Shown here: piece by piece, positions 9,454 to 18,077 of the stretch
How positions within the stretch are numbered: the first letter of the stretch is position 1
How the letters are laid out: every line of letters starts with the position of its first letter
Source of the DNA: Limisphaerales bacterium
Lineage (GTDB): Bacteria; Verrucomicrobiota; Verrucomicrobiia; Limisphaerales; SIBE01
NCBI GenBank assembly: GCA_044225505.1
Contig: JBGAIN010000044.1
Location: 1-48,202, forward strand
Length of the DNA: 48,202 nt
Direction of reading: 5' to 3'
Notes under the pieces: model-generated
Seen by the model: only the letters and a program-made list of their open reading frames with translations
Database searches by the model: none
What the model was told of the DNA's origin: nothing
Position numbers and translations under genes: made by a program

Positions 9454-10200
9454 ATGAATATACCGGATTTGGCGTCCGTCACTGAAAAACGGGACGCAGC
9501 GTACGAAATTAAGTTCGTGCTCCCTTCGACGTTGGCTGCGGCGGCCTTAGACTGGGCGCGAATTCACCTTTCGCCCGATCCTCACGCTGAGGTAGGGCAG
9601 GGCGACGGTTACCACGTCAACAGCTTATACTTTGATACGCCGAAACTCGACGTCTACCACCGAAAAGGATCCTACGGCAAAGCAAAATACCGGATTCGAC
9701 GGTATGGATCGGAGCAGAGCATTTTTCTTGAGCGCAAGCTCAAATCCCGAGGTTTGGTAAGCAAACGCCGCACGCGCGTCCCGGATTGGGAGTTACCACG
9801 CCTAGCTTTACCGGAACTGGAGCCCGAATGGGTTGGGTATTGGTTTCGCCGCCGCCTCAGCGCCAGGCAGTTGCTCCCCCAGTGTCAAATTCGTTACGAA
9901 CGTGTGGCGCGCCTGGGAATGAGCCCGACGGGAGTGATTCGATTCACGATTGACCGCAACGTGCGAGGGTTTCGGAGTGATGAGTATAACGTCCATGATT
10001 CCGGAGAATGGATTCCTCTGCTGCCGGATCGATGTATTCTCGAACTGAAATTCCGGCAGGAAATGCCCCATCTGTTCAAGAGCTTTATCGAGCAGCTAGC
10101 CTTGACCCCGAAGCGACAAGTAGCGAGGCTCCGCCTCGAAATGGCCACGTCTCTCCGGAAATGCTTGCAAATCAATCCGCGAGTTTCTCCATGGAGATGA
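9454..10200 (+). CDS. VTC (polyphosphate polymerase)/CYTH-like domain protein; C-terminus apparently frameshifted
   Basis: YEIKF, VNSLYFDT, KYRIRRYG, FLERKLK, KRR, YERVA, RFTIDR, ILELKF. The family's terminal SKY motif is absent. Confidence 0.85.
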   Translation: MNIPDLASVTEKRDAAYEIKFVLPSTLAAAALDWARIHLSPDPHAEVGQGDGYHVNSLYFDTPKLDVYHRKGSYGKAKYRIRRYGSEQSIFLERKLKSRGLVSKRRTRVPDWELPRLALPELEPEWVGYWFRRRLSARQLLPQCQIRYERVARLGMSPTGVIRFTIDRNVRGFRSDEYNVHDSGEWIPLLPDRCILELKFRQEMPHLFKSFIEQLALTPKRQVARLRLEMATSLRKCLQINPRVSPWR

Positions 10201-10222
10201 ACGGAACGCAGCGCGACGTCTA

Positions 10223-10897
10223 ATGCCGCCCTGGCTGCAACAAAGCATCAGTAATCAGGGGCATGCCCCGCCGCTGGAGCTGGTCTGGAGGATTGGCATC
10301 GCCTTCGTCTTCGGTTGTGTGGTCGCCTTGGTCTATCGCGGCACCCACCGTCGAGACCCGATCACGCCAACTTTTCCGCGCACGCTCGTCCTGCTTTCGA
10401 TCCTGATCGCCATGGTGACATCCGTGATTGGTGATAATGTCGCCCGCGCTTTCAGTTTGGTAGGCGCTCTTTCGATCGTTCGTTTTCGAACTGTGGTGCG
10501 GGACACGCAAGATACCGCGTTCGTTATTTTTGCGGTTATTGTGGGAATGGCGGCTGGGGCAAATCACCTTTGGGTCGCTATCATCGGGATTGCCATCGTC
10601 GCTTTGGCGATATTCATTTTGCGCCCTCGAGGCCAGGCGAATATTTGGACGGAGGACGAGTGCAACCTCTCGGTGCGCGTCAGCTCTGGAAAGGATCCAG
10701 AACAGTTGGTGGAGCCGAGCTTTCGAAAACACCTACAGCAGTTTCAGATTCTGGCAGTGGAGACGGCGAAACAAGGAACCGCTTTGGAGCTGACCTACCG
10801 AATTCGCTTTCGCAAGTCTGCCGCACCGCTGCAACTCGTCGGTGAACTGAGCCGGATTGAAGGTATTCAGAATGTTGAAGTCCACCGCGAAGAGTAG
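10223..10897 (+). CDS. DUF4956 family membrane protein (MgtC-like TM + ACT-like C-terminus)
   Basis: VIGDNVARAFSLVGALSIVRFRT signature; typical partner of VTC-domain genes. Confidence 0.9.
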   Translation: MPPWLQQSISNQGHAPPLELVWRIGIAFVFGCVVALVYRGTHRRDPITPTFPRTLVLLSILIAMVTSVIGDNVARAFSLVGALSIVRFRTVVRDTQDTAFVIFAVIVGMAAGANHLWVAIIGIAIVALAIFILRPRGQANIWTEDECNLSVRVSSGKDPEQLVEPSFRKHLQQFQILAVETAKQGTALELTYRIRFRKSAAPLQLVGELSRIEGIQNVEVHREE

Positions 10898-10935
10898 TTC
10901 ACGGCGATACGGATCAAGTCTCACCGATCGGTTGG

Positions 10936-11490
10936 TCAACTCCCAAGGCCAGATCTAAAAAGTTCCTGAGCTCTTTCGTAGTCCTCCAGCGTATTGACGT
11001 TGAACGCAATCTCGCCTCGGCCGTCTGGGACGGGGACGTGGGAAATCGTCAACGCTCTGGCGAGAGCGCGAATGGAAAGATCTTGGTTTTCGAGTTGGGC
11101 GGCGACGATCGGCAGAACTCGAGTTCGTATCAGAAAGGGAAAACCCACGGCCGCCACACCCGAAAAAACCGCGTCCGTTGCTGGACTTAGCATTCCGATA
11201 ATCTGCTGCAGATGTGTTCCGGTCACGAAGGGCATGTCGCAAGTCAAAAACAGCACAGCGTCTCCCCGGGTCGTCTGTAGGCCCGTGTAAACGCCGCCCA
11301 ATGGGCCGCAGCGAGGCACGAGATCGCGGCGGATCACGCGGGAAGGCAGATTCGCCGCCCGGGCCGCGTCGCGAATCCGGGATAGAAATGACCGACCTCC
11401 TAAACGCAAGCGTGCTTTGTCCCGGCCCATTCGGGAACTCAGCCCGCCTGCGAGAATACATGCTTCTACGGCTAGCAAGGCTGCCGTCAC
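10936..11490 (-). CDS. mobA: Molybdenum cofactor guanylyltransferase
   Basis: LAGGLSSRMGRDKA, GPLGG, CDMPF, FNVNTLEDY. Confidence 0.9.
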   Translation of the reverse strand: MTAALLAVEACILAGGLSSRMGRDKARLRLGGRSFLSRIRDAARAANLPSRVIRRDLVPRCGPLGGVYTGLQTTRGDAVLFLTCDMPFVTGTHLQQIIGMLSPATDAVFSGVAAVGFPFLIRTRVLPIVAAQLENQDLSIRALARALTISHVPVPDGRGEIAFNVNTLEDYERAQELFRSGLGS

Positions 11491-12911
11491 GGTCGCAGCT
11501 TACGTTCGAGAATCTCGCCGACCAGGTTCGGATTAGCTTTGCCTTTGCTCAACTTCATCACTTGGCCTTTAAGGAAATTCAATGCCGCGATCTTGCCGGT
11601 GCGGAAATCCTCGGCGCTCTTCGGGTTGGCGGCAATGGCTTGATCACACAGCGCATCGATTGCCCCCGAGTCGCTGACCTGGGCCAAACCTTTCTGTTCG
11701 ACCAGAGACTTCGGGGTTGCACCCGTGGTGAACATTTCGGAGAAAACGTCCTGGGCGATTCTGGAGCTAATGACCCCGCTGCTGACCAATTCCAGGAGTT
11801 CGAGCAGCGATGCCGGTGAAAAGCGCAAGTCCGCAAGTGTGGTCTGGGTCTCCGCGAGCTTGGCCCGTAGATTATTGATTACCCAGTTCGCTAGCGCTTT
11901 CGGGTGCTTAGTCTGACTGGCAATTCCCTCGAAATACCTTCCCAAAGGCACATCCCAGACAAAAGTTTGCGCGTCCGCAGCGGGCAACTGATACTCTTGC
12001 ATGAGCCGCCGTTTCCGGTCCAGTGGCAGTTCTACCACTCGCCGTTCCACCTCTGCCAACCAGTCTGGTGTAGGGCAGAAAGCCATCAGATCCGGATCAG
12101 GCAAATAGCGATAATCATGGGCAAATTCTTTGGTCCGCATCTCTTCCGTGATGTTGCCGACGTCATCCCAGCGGCGGGTCGATTGAACGAGCTTTCCTCC
12201 AGACTCCAAGGTGCGAATCTGCCGCGGAATCTCATACTCCAGCGCTTTGCGGACTCCGCTGAAACTGTTCATATTCTTGATCTCAATTTTGGCGCCTAAC
12301 TCAGTTGCGCCTTTGGGTCGGACGCTCACATTCACATCACAGCGCACCATGCCCTTCTCCATATCGCAGTCGCTGATACCGCCGTAGATAAGGATATCCT
12401 TCAGCGCCGTAAGATACTCGTAGGCCATGTCAGCACTCCGGATGTCTGGCTCGGAGACAATCTCCAAGAGCGGCACGCCTGCCCGATTGAAATCTACGCC
12501 GCTTTGACGCTCGAAGTGAAAGTTTTTGGCAACATCTTCTTCCAGGTGCGCGCGCGTGATGCGAACTTTAGCCGAGCCCTCCCCGAATTCGAATTCGACG
12601 AACCCACCCCGCGTCGAGGGTTGATCGTACTGGGTAATTTGGTAGTTCTTCGGCATATCCGGATAGAAATAGTTCTTCCGCGCGAACTTAGCTTGGGAAG
12701 CAACCTCTCCGTGAAGCAATAACCCTGTGAGGGCGGTCAAACGAAGCGCTTCGTCGTTTGCGACTGGCAAGACACCTGGCAGGCCTAAGCAAACGGGACA
12801 AACGTGGCTATTGGGCGGGGCGCCAAACTCGTTCGCGCACCCGCACCACATCTTTGACTTCGTCTTTAACTGAACGTGCGTTTCCAGCCCTATGACCGCT
12901 TCATACTCCAT
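11487..12911 (-). CDS. gatB: Asp-tRNA(Asn)/Glu-tRNA(Gln) amidotransferase subunit B
   Basis: MEYEAVIGLETHVQL, CPVCLGLPG, RKNYFYPDMPKNYQITQ, HLEED, DFNRAGVPLLEIVSEPD, RCDVNVS, EIKNMNS, DYRY. True start is ATG 12911, not 13364. Confidence 0.97.
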   Translation of the reverse strand: MEYEAVIGLETHVQLKTKSKMWCGCANEFGAPPNSHVCPVCLGLPGVLPVANDEALRLTALTGLLLHGEVASQAKFARKNYFYPDMPKNYQITQYDQPSTRGGFVEFEFGEGSAKVRITRAHLEEDVAKNFHFERQSGVDFNRAGVPLLEIVSEPDIRSADMAYEYLTALKDILIYGGISDCDMEKGMVRCDVNVSVRPKGATELGAKIEIKNMNSFSGVRKALEYEIPRQIRTLESGGKLVQSTRRWDDVGNITEEMRTKEFAHDYRYLPDPDLMAFCPTPDWLAEVERRVVELPLDRKRRLMQEYQLPAADAQTFVWDVPLGRYFEGIASQTKHPKALANWVINNLRAKLAETQTTLADLRFSPASLLELLELVSSGVISSRIAQDVFSEMFTTGATPKSLVEQKGLAQVSDSGAIDALCDQAIAANPKSAEDFRTGKIAALNFLKGQVMKLSKGKANPNLVGEILERKLRP

Positions 12912-13047
12912 GCCCGGAATTTCTGCCACAGATTGCGAAGCATGGACATAGATTTTTTGCAACGTTCCTTGCTGGCTGCGGTCAAATCCGTTATGGATCC
13001 AGAACCCTCGCCTAGCTGTCGTTGAGCTGTAGGGACTGCCGCTTAAC

Positions 13048-15282
13048 ATGAAACTCCGGGACGCGCTCATCTTCCTCGTTGGCCTCGTCATGCTTGTTTT
13101 TGGAGCTCGTGCCCTGTCGCGACGGGCCCTGGAGGCAGAAAAACCGCCGTCTGAAATCCGGATGAACGAAGTTGCGTTCGATCCGGCAGGCTTAAGGGCA
13201 ACAGAAATGGAGGAAACCGGCGATCCGGTTGCCGGTGTCAAGAAACGCGCATCGAAGGTGCACGCCAAACTGACGACGCCCAAGGACTCTGGTCCTAAAG
13301 TCACGCACCAGCCACAACAACCGGCAACTGGGCAATCTGTGTTCATCACGGCCGACTTTCGCAATCACCCCTCTGCCGAAGCGTTGGAATTAGAATATCA
13401 GATCGTTGATCCCGGCCGTTATATCGCCCTTGCGGACTCAGCTTACGAAAAGCAATGGAGGAAGCTGCCCATGAACGATAAGGGGCAATCGGGAGATCAG
13501 GTTGGGGACGATCATATCTGGACGGCCCAAGTTCCGGCGGAGCTGCAAAAGCACCGTCGCCTGATGCGTTATCGCATTCGCTCTGTTGGCAGCCGAAAGC
13601 TCGTCGCACCGGGAGAGGATGATCCGCAGAAGAATTTCGCTTACTTTGTTTATGACGGTGTGCCTCCGTGGAAAGGCGCAATTAATCCCGGAGCGAGCGA
13701 GGCCAAATTGAGTCGTCCCGTCGTTTTTTCAAGCGAAGTGCTGCAGCGCGTTCCCGTTTACCATTTGATCAGCAGCAAGACTTCCGTGGAAAAGGCAACT
13801 TGGAAGGCCGAATGGCAAGGGGATCGACATGCCTATGCCTATACCGGAACGATGGTTTATGACGGTGTCGTCTACGATCATATCGGCTTCCGCGCGCGGG
13901 GTGGCTCCTGGCGCCATGCCATGGGCAAAAACATGTGGAAATTCAACTTTCTGCCGGGCCACCGTTTCGAAGCGAGGGACAATTACGGGAATCGCTATCG
14001 CACAAAGTGGGATAAACTCAACCTGGGGGCTTGCATCCAACAAGCGGATTACGGGATGCGAGGCGAACAGGGAATGTTCGAAGCTGTCGGATTCCGTTTG
14101 TTTGAACTAGCGGGTTTGGAAGCCTCTGCCACGCATTGGGTTCACTTCCGCATTATTGACCAGGACGCGGAGAGTCCAGCAGATCAATACCAGGGCGACT
14201 TTTGGGGTTTGTACTTAGCCGTCGAGAATCTGGATGAACATTTTCTCAAGGAACACCGATTGCCAGCGGGCAACCTATACAAGATGGAATTCGGGGCCAA
14301 AGTGGCGTTTAACGGAGATCCCAATGTCGTAAACGGGTCGGATGTCGCTGAGTTCCAAAAGGCGAGCGGGCGCCGACAGCTGCCCGATTCCTGGTGGACC
14401 GAAAACCTCGATCTGCCGCGGTATTACAACTATCGAGCCATCCTGGAGTGCATCCATCATTACGATATCGATTCCGGAAAGAATTACTTTTATTACCGCA
14501 ACCCGGAATCTCGCAAATGGGTCGTGCTGCCGTGGGACATAGATCTTAGTTGGGGAGATCACATGTTTGGCGGCGGTCACGAACCCTTCTACAGGGCGGG
14601 CATACTCTCTCGGCCTCAGTTCCGCCAGGAGTACCAGCAGCGTTTGGCCGAGCTGCGCGATTTGCTTTTCAACCCGGAGCAAGTTGGCCGATTGATCGAT
14701 GAGTATGCGGGTATCATCAGCGAACCTGGGGGAGCCCCATCGTTGGTGGACGCGGATCGGGCCAAATGGGATTATCATCCGGTCATGGCGTCCGCATATG
14801 TCATGGCCGAGAAGTCCGGCCAAGGGAGGTTTTATTTTGGAGATCCGGACAACACGTTCGGGGCGATGGTGCAGTATATGAAACGATTTGCCGCCGAGCG
14901 GGCTAAGTGGGTGGATCGCCAGCTTCTGCGCGGTTACGCTCCCCCTGCGTCCCCGACCGTCCGTGGACCGGAAAGCCTCCCACCTGGGCTTGAAATGATT
15001 GGAGTTCAGTCAACGCCTCCGTCCAACGTCACTCCAAAAGCGTACCAATGGCGGTTGGCTGATGTGACGCCACCTGGCACTCCAGGAACTAATCGGCGCC
15101 AACCGTGGCATTATGAGATTCAGGCCGTCTGGGAAACTGAAACACCGGAAGGCGCGGCCTCCATCCCTGGAAAGCTCCTTGTTCCTGGCCACGAATATCG
15201 CGTTCGATCGCGTCTCCAGGAAAGTGGAGGCACTTGGAGCCGATGGTCCAGCCCAGCGGTTATTAAGCCACCTCCGAAATGA
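13048..15282 (+). CDS. CotH kinase family secreted/membrane-anchored protein
   Basis: N-terminal hydrophobic segment; FRARGG, KNMWKFNF, GLYLAVEN, GNLYK, HYD...KNYF, LPWDIDLSWG. Confidence 0.88.
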   Translation: MKLRDALIFLVGLVMLVFGARALSRRALEAEKPPSEIRMNEVAFDPAGLRATEMEETGDPVAGVKKRASKVHAKLTTPKDSGPKVTHQPQQPATGQSVFITADFRNHPSAEALELEYQIVDPGRYIALADSAYEKQWRKLPMNDKGQSGDQVGDDHIWTAQVPAELQKHRRLMRYRIRSVGSRKLVAPGEDDPQKNFAYFVYDGVPPWKGAINPGASEAKLSRPVVFSSEVLQRVPVYHLISSKTSVEKATWKAEWQGDRHAYAYTGTMVYDGVVYDHIGFRARGGSWRHAMGKNMWKFNFLPGHRFEARDNYGNRYRTKWDKLNLGACIQQADYGMRGEQGMFEAVGFRLFELAGLEASATHWVHFRIIDQDAESPADQYQGDFWGLYLAVENLDEHFLKEHRLPAGNLYKMEFGAKVAFNGDPNVVNGSDVAEFQKASGRRQLPDSWWTENLDLPRYYNYRAILECIHHYDIDSGKNYFYYRNPESRKWVVLPWDIDLSWGDHMFGGGHEPFYRAGILSRPQFRQEYQQRLAELRDLLFNPEQVGRLIDEYAGIISEPGGAPSLVDADRAKWDYHPVMASAYVMAEKSGQGRFYFGDPDNTFGAMVQYMKRFAAERAKWVDRQLLRGYAPPASPTVRGPESLPPGLEMIGVQSTPPSNVTPKAYQWRLADVTPPGTPGTNRRQPWHYEIQAVWETETPEGAASIPGKLLVPGHEYRVRSRLQESGGTWSRWSSPAVIKPPPK

Positions 15283-15306
15283 GAGAATTCACCGCGTCTC
15301 GGGCTT

Positions 15307-15636
15307 CTAACTGATAGCGAGAAGAGAGACTCGCTCCCCTTGAGGCGTGCGGGCAACGCCTTGTGCGCGCGGATCCAAATAAGCCGACCCATCGACGTAA
15401 AACAAATATTGGTGATGCCCGTGACTCAACGGGATCTGAGTCATCCATGCGCCGTCCGGTTGACGCTTCATCGGATTCGCCGACGGTTCCCAGCCATTGA
15501 AATCGCCAATCACTGAAACCTGTTTAGCACCAGGGGCATGGCAAACGAAATTGATCGGCTTGGAGACACGTTTTGCCGAGTACCGATGCAGAGCGCTCCC
15601 TGGCCCGCGCTGTGGAAAATTACTCTCGTACGACAT
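15307..15636 (-). CDS. Small glycogen-binding (CBM48/isoamylase early-set) domain protein
   Basis: APGAKQVSVIGDFNGW...M...GAW...L..G.HQYLFYVDG...DP. Confidence 0.88.
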   Translation of the reverse strand: MSYESNFPQRGPGSALHRYSAKRVSKPINFVCHAPGAKQVSVIGDFNGWEPSANPMKRQPDGAWMTQIPLSHGHHQYLFYVDGSAYLDPRAQGVARTPQGERVSLLAIS

Positions 15637-15702
15637 TCGTCAAACCTTTTTCGCTGTTCTTCCTCGACGCCGTTCGATCGGAATCGTTTAGGCTATTAAA
15701 GA

Positions 15703-15718
15703 AGCACAATCAGTGCCT
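15703..15718 (-). promoter_or_regulatory. sigma54-like promoter upstream of CBM48 gene
   Basis: AGGCACTGATTGTGCT, exact GG-N10-GC, 67 bp before the start codon. Confidence 0.4.
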
Positions 15719-15771
15719 GCCAGCAAGCGGGTATCCCTACGTAGAGTTCAACTGGCCTAGCGTGAAGACCG

Positions 15772-16101
15772 TTAAGCTTTCGCCCCTTGGTTCCGCTTTA
15801 TCAAATGGAGATTCCTGAAATAAATAAACGAATTTGGCAGGTAAGCCAGAATGCCGACGGGATCCCGTTTAAATATGAAGTATAGGCACATGATCGCGCT
15901 GCCGAAGATGCTCCAGTACCAAAACGAAACCGGAATAACGCTCTCTCCCTTTTTTTCCGATGCCATCCACTGAATGAGAAAGCGCGTCGAGAAAACCGCA
16001 TTTCCGATCAGCCCCAGAAAGGTCAGATAGCTCCAATCCAGCCCCCACACGCGGTGTTCTTGCCCAATCCAGGTAACGGCCAACAATCCGGAGAAATCCA
16101 T
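15772..16101 (-). CDS. Lipid-A-disaccharide synthase N-terminal domain (LAB_N) small membrane protein
   Basis: G..G...F..RFLIQW.ASEKKGESVIP..FWY.S..G......YFI...DPV...Y.RNL signature. Confidence 0.9.
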   Translation of the reverse strand: MDFSGLLAVTWIGQEHRVWGLDWSYLTFLGLIGNAVFSTRFLIQWMASEKKGESVIPVSFWYWSIFGSAIMCLYFIFKRDPVGILAYLPNSFIYFRNLHLIKRNQGAKA

Positions 16102-16111
16102 AAGCGCTTAA

Positions 16112-16846
16112 CTAGTTGATTTTTTCTGTTACGGCGTAGCGAATGACCCGTTTCTTCATCCAGCGAACGGCTAGCAGGTCAGCGAACGATTTGAACAAAC
16201 GATTCCACACACCGTAATGGCTCTGGCCAGCAAAGCGCGGATTGTTCGTCACCGGAATCTCAGTCACCGTGAAGCCTTCCATCTTGATCAAGGTCGGCAG
16301 AAAGCGATGAGCCCCTTTGAAGAACTTGACCTCGGCAATGCACTCTCTGCGGAACGCACGATAGGTGCACCCAGCGTCGCTGATATTCTCGCCCGACAGC
16401 TTATTGCGAACCCAGTTGGCAATTCGCGACGAGGCGATTCTAACGAAGTTGTCTCCTTTGCCCCGAGTCTCGACGCGGGTGCCGCAAACACAGTCGTGAG
16501 TTTTTAGCGCTTCCAGAAACTTCGGCAAGTCGCGCGGGTCGTTCTGCAGATCGGCATCTAACGTGACAATGTATTTGCCGCGAGAGGCGCGCATCCCAGC
16601 CCAGCTGGCGCCAGATTCGCCACAGTTAAACTTGAGGCGTTGCACACGGAAGCGCTCATCGGCCAGGGCGATTTTCTTCAACACAGACCACGATTGGTCA
16701 CTGCTACAGTCATCTGTAATTACCACCTCATACGAGACTCCACTAGGCGCAAGCGCCGCTCGGATCGCCTCCGCGAGCTGCGGCAAATTCCCTTCCTCGT
16801 TATGACAAGGAATTACCAGACTGAGTTCAGGAGATTCCCGCATCAC
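16112..16846 (-). CDS. GT2 polyprenol-phosphate glycosyltransferase (ArnC/DPM1-like)
   Basis: VIPCHNEE, DDCSSD, LDADLQNDP.D, DAGC..RAFR, HRFLPTL, R.AGQSHYG. Confidence 0.9.
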   Translation of the reverse strand: MMRESPELSLVIPCHNEEGNLPQLAEAIRAALAPSGVSYEVVITDDCSSDQSWSVLKKIALADERFRVQRLKFNCGESGASWAGMRASRGKYIVTLDADLQNDPRDLPKFLEALKTHDCVCGTRVETRGKGDNFVRIASSRIANWVRNKLSGENISDAGCTYRAFRRECIAEVKFFKGAHRFLPTLIKMEGFTVTEIPVTNNPRFAGQSHYGVWNRLFKSFADLLAVRWMKKRVIRYAVTEKIN

Positions 16847-17931
16847 TTCTTCCCTTGAAATTCCGCAATGCAGTCACAGACATAGTCGACGTCTTCCAAA
16901 GCGAGTTCTCCGTAGATGGGGAGAGAAAGAATTTCGCCGACGGCAGCTTCGGTTTTGGGGAGCTTTGGGATATCGCGATACAGGTTAGTGATGGCCGGCT
17001 GTTGATGGTTGGCCACTGGGTAGTGAATTCCCGTCCCGATCCCGCGGTCCTGGAGGAATTTGGCCAGCGAGTCTCGCCGCGGCGTCCGGATCACATACAT
17101 GTGATAGACTGGCGTGGCCCAGGACTTCTCCGGCGGCGTAGCCACAATGCCCTGAAGTCGCTCGCTGTAGCGTGCCGCGACCTTTCTCCGGTGTGCGTTC
17201 AGTTCATCCAAATGCTTTAACCCGACCCGGCCAACGGCCGCCTGGATCTCATTGAAACGCAGGTTATAGCCGATCATTTCATGGGTATACTTGTCCCGCC
17301 GGCCGTGATTACGGAGTTTGCGGATGGTTTCGGCGATTTGGTCATCGTTCGTGCAAATGCATCCCCCATCCCCGAGCACCGTCAGGTTCTTTGAGGGGAA
17401 GAACGAAAACGCCCCCGCGATACCCATCGATCCAACGGTTTTACCAGCGTATTTCGCCCCTTGTGCCTGAGCGCAATCTTCCACTACCCAAAGGCGGTGC
17501 TTTTGCGCAATCTGAAAAACTCGGTCTAAGTTGGCAGGATGCCCATAGAGATGGACAGGCAGAATCCCCACGGTGCGCGGAGTGATGGCCGCTTCGATTT
17601 GATCCACGTCGAGGCAGTAGCTATCGTCGATATCTACAAAAATCGGTTTAGCCCCCCAATGAATCATCGGTTCAATGGAAGGAAAGGCCGTATGGGATGG
17701 GACGATGACTTCGTCGCCAGCCTTGAGGTTCATTGCCTGGTGCAGCATGTACACCCCCGCCGTCCACGAGGAGCAAAGGACCGCGTGCTTCGTGCCGGTA
17801 TGGGTCGCGAGCTCTTTCTCGAATTGCTCACATTCCTTGGCCAGGATGTACCACCCGGATTCCAGGGCTCGCACTGCGGCGGTCTTGAGTTCTTGATCGA
17901 GGAAGACTTTCGAAAGCGGGATTTTTCGCAT
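16843..17931 (-). CDS. DegT/DnrJ/EryC1/StrS family sugar aminotransferase
   Basis: PVHLYG, EDCAQAQGA, FSFFPSKNL (PLP lysine), GDGG, GYNLR, HYP. Confidence 0.93.
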   Translation of the reverse strand: MRKIPLSKVFLDQELKTAAVRALESGWYILAKECEQFEKELATHTGTKHAVLCSSWTAGVYMLHQAMNLKAGDEVIVPSHTAFPSIEPMIHWGAKPIFVDIDDSYCLDVDQIEAAITPRTVGILPVHLYGHPANLDRVFQIAQKHRLWVVEDCAQAQGAKYAGKTVGSMGIAGAFSFFPSKNLTVLGDGGCICTNDDQIAETIRKLRNHGRRDKYTHEMIGYNLRFNEIQAAVGRVGLKHLDELNAHRRKVAARYSERLQGIVATPPEKSWATPVYHMYVIRTPRRDSLAKFLQDRGIGTGIHYPVANHQQPAITNLYRDIPKLPKTEAAVGEILSLPIYGELALEDVDYVCDCIAEFQGKK

Positions 17932-18077
17932 AGATGTTTAAGTCTAAATTGTCGTTTGGCTTAAGATGCCCGGTCAGGGATCTTAGGATTCGCCGGTCGT
18001 GTTCGATAAGTTCACAGGCGGATCGGGCGTCGCGCGAGCGCCTGGGCACGGCTTACCCGGCAACCCCCAAGGCCACC

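Noticed and set aside
13150..13310. Possible collapsed lamin-tail domain at the CotH N-terminus (IRMNEVAFDP...) as a fourth deletion
   Set aside because: Only a short motif resemblance and the frame is intact; it cannot be supported without alignment.
12912..13364. 151-aa N-terminal extension of GatB in the ORF track
   Set aside because: It overlaps the CotH gene on the opposite strand; GatB homology begins at MEYEAVIG (12911).
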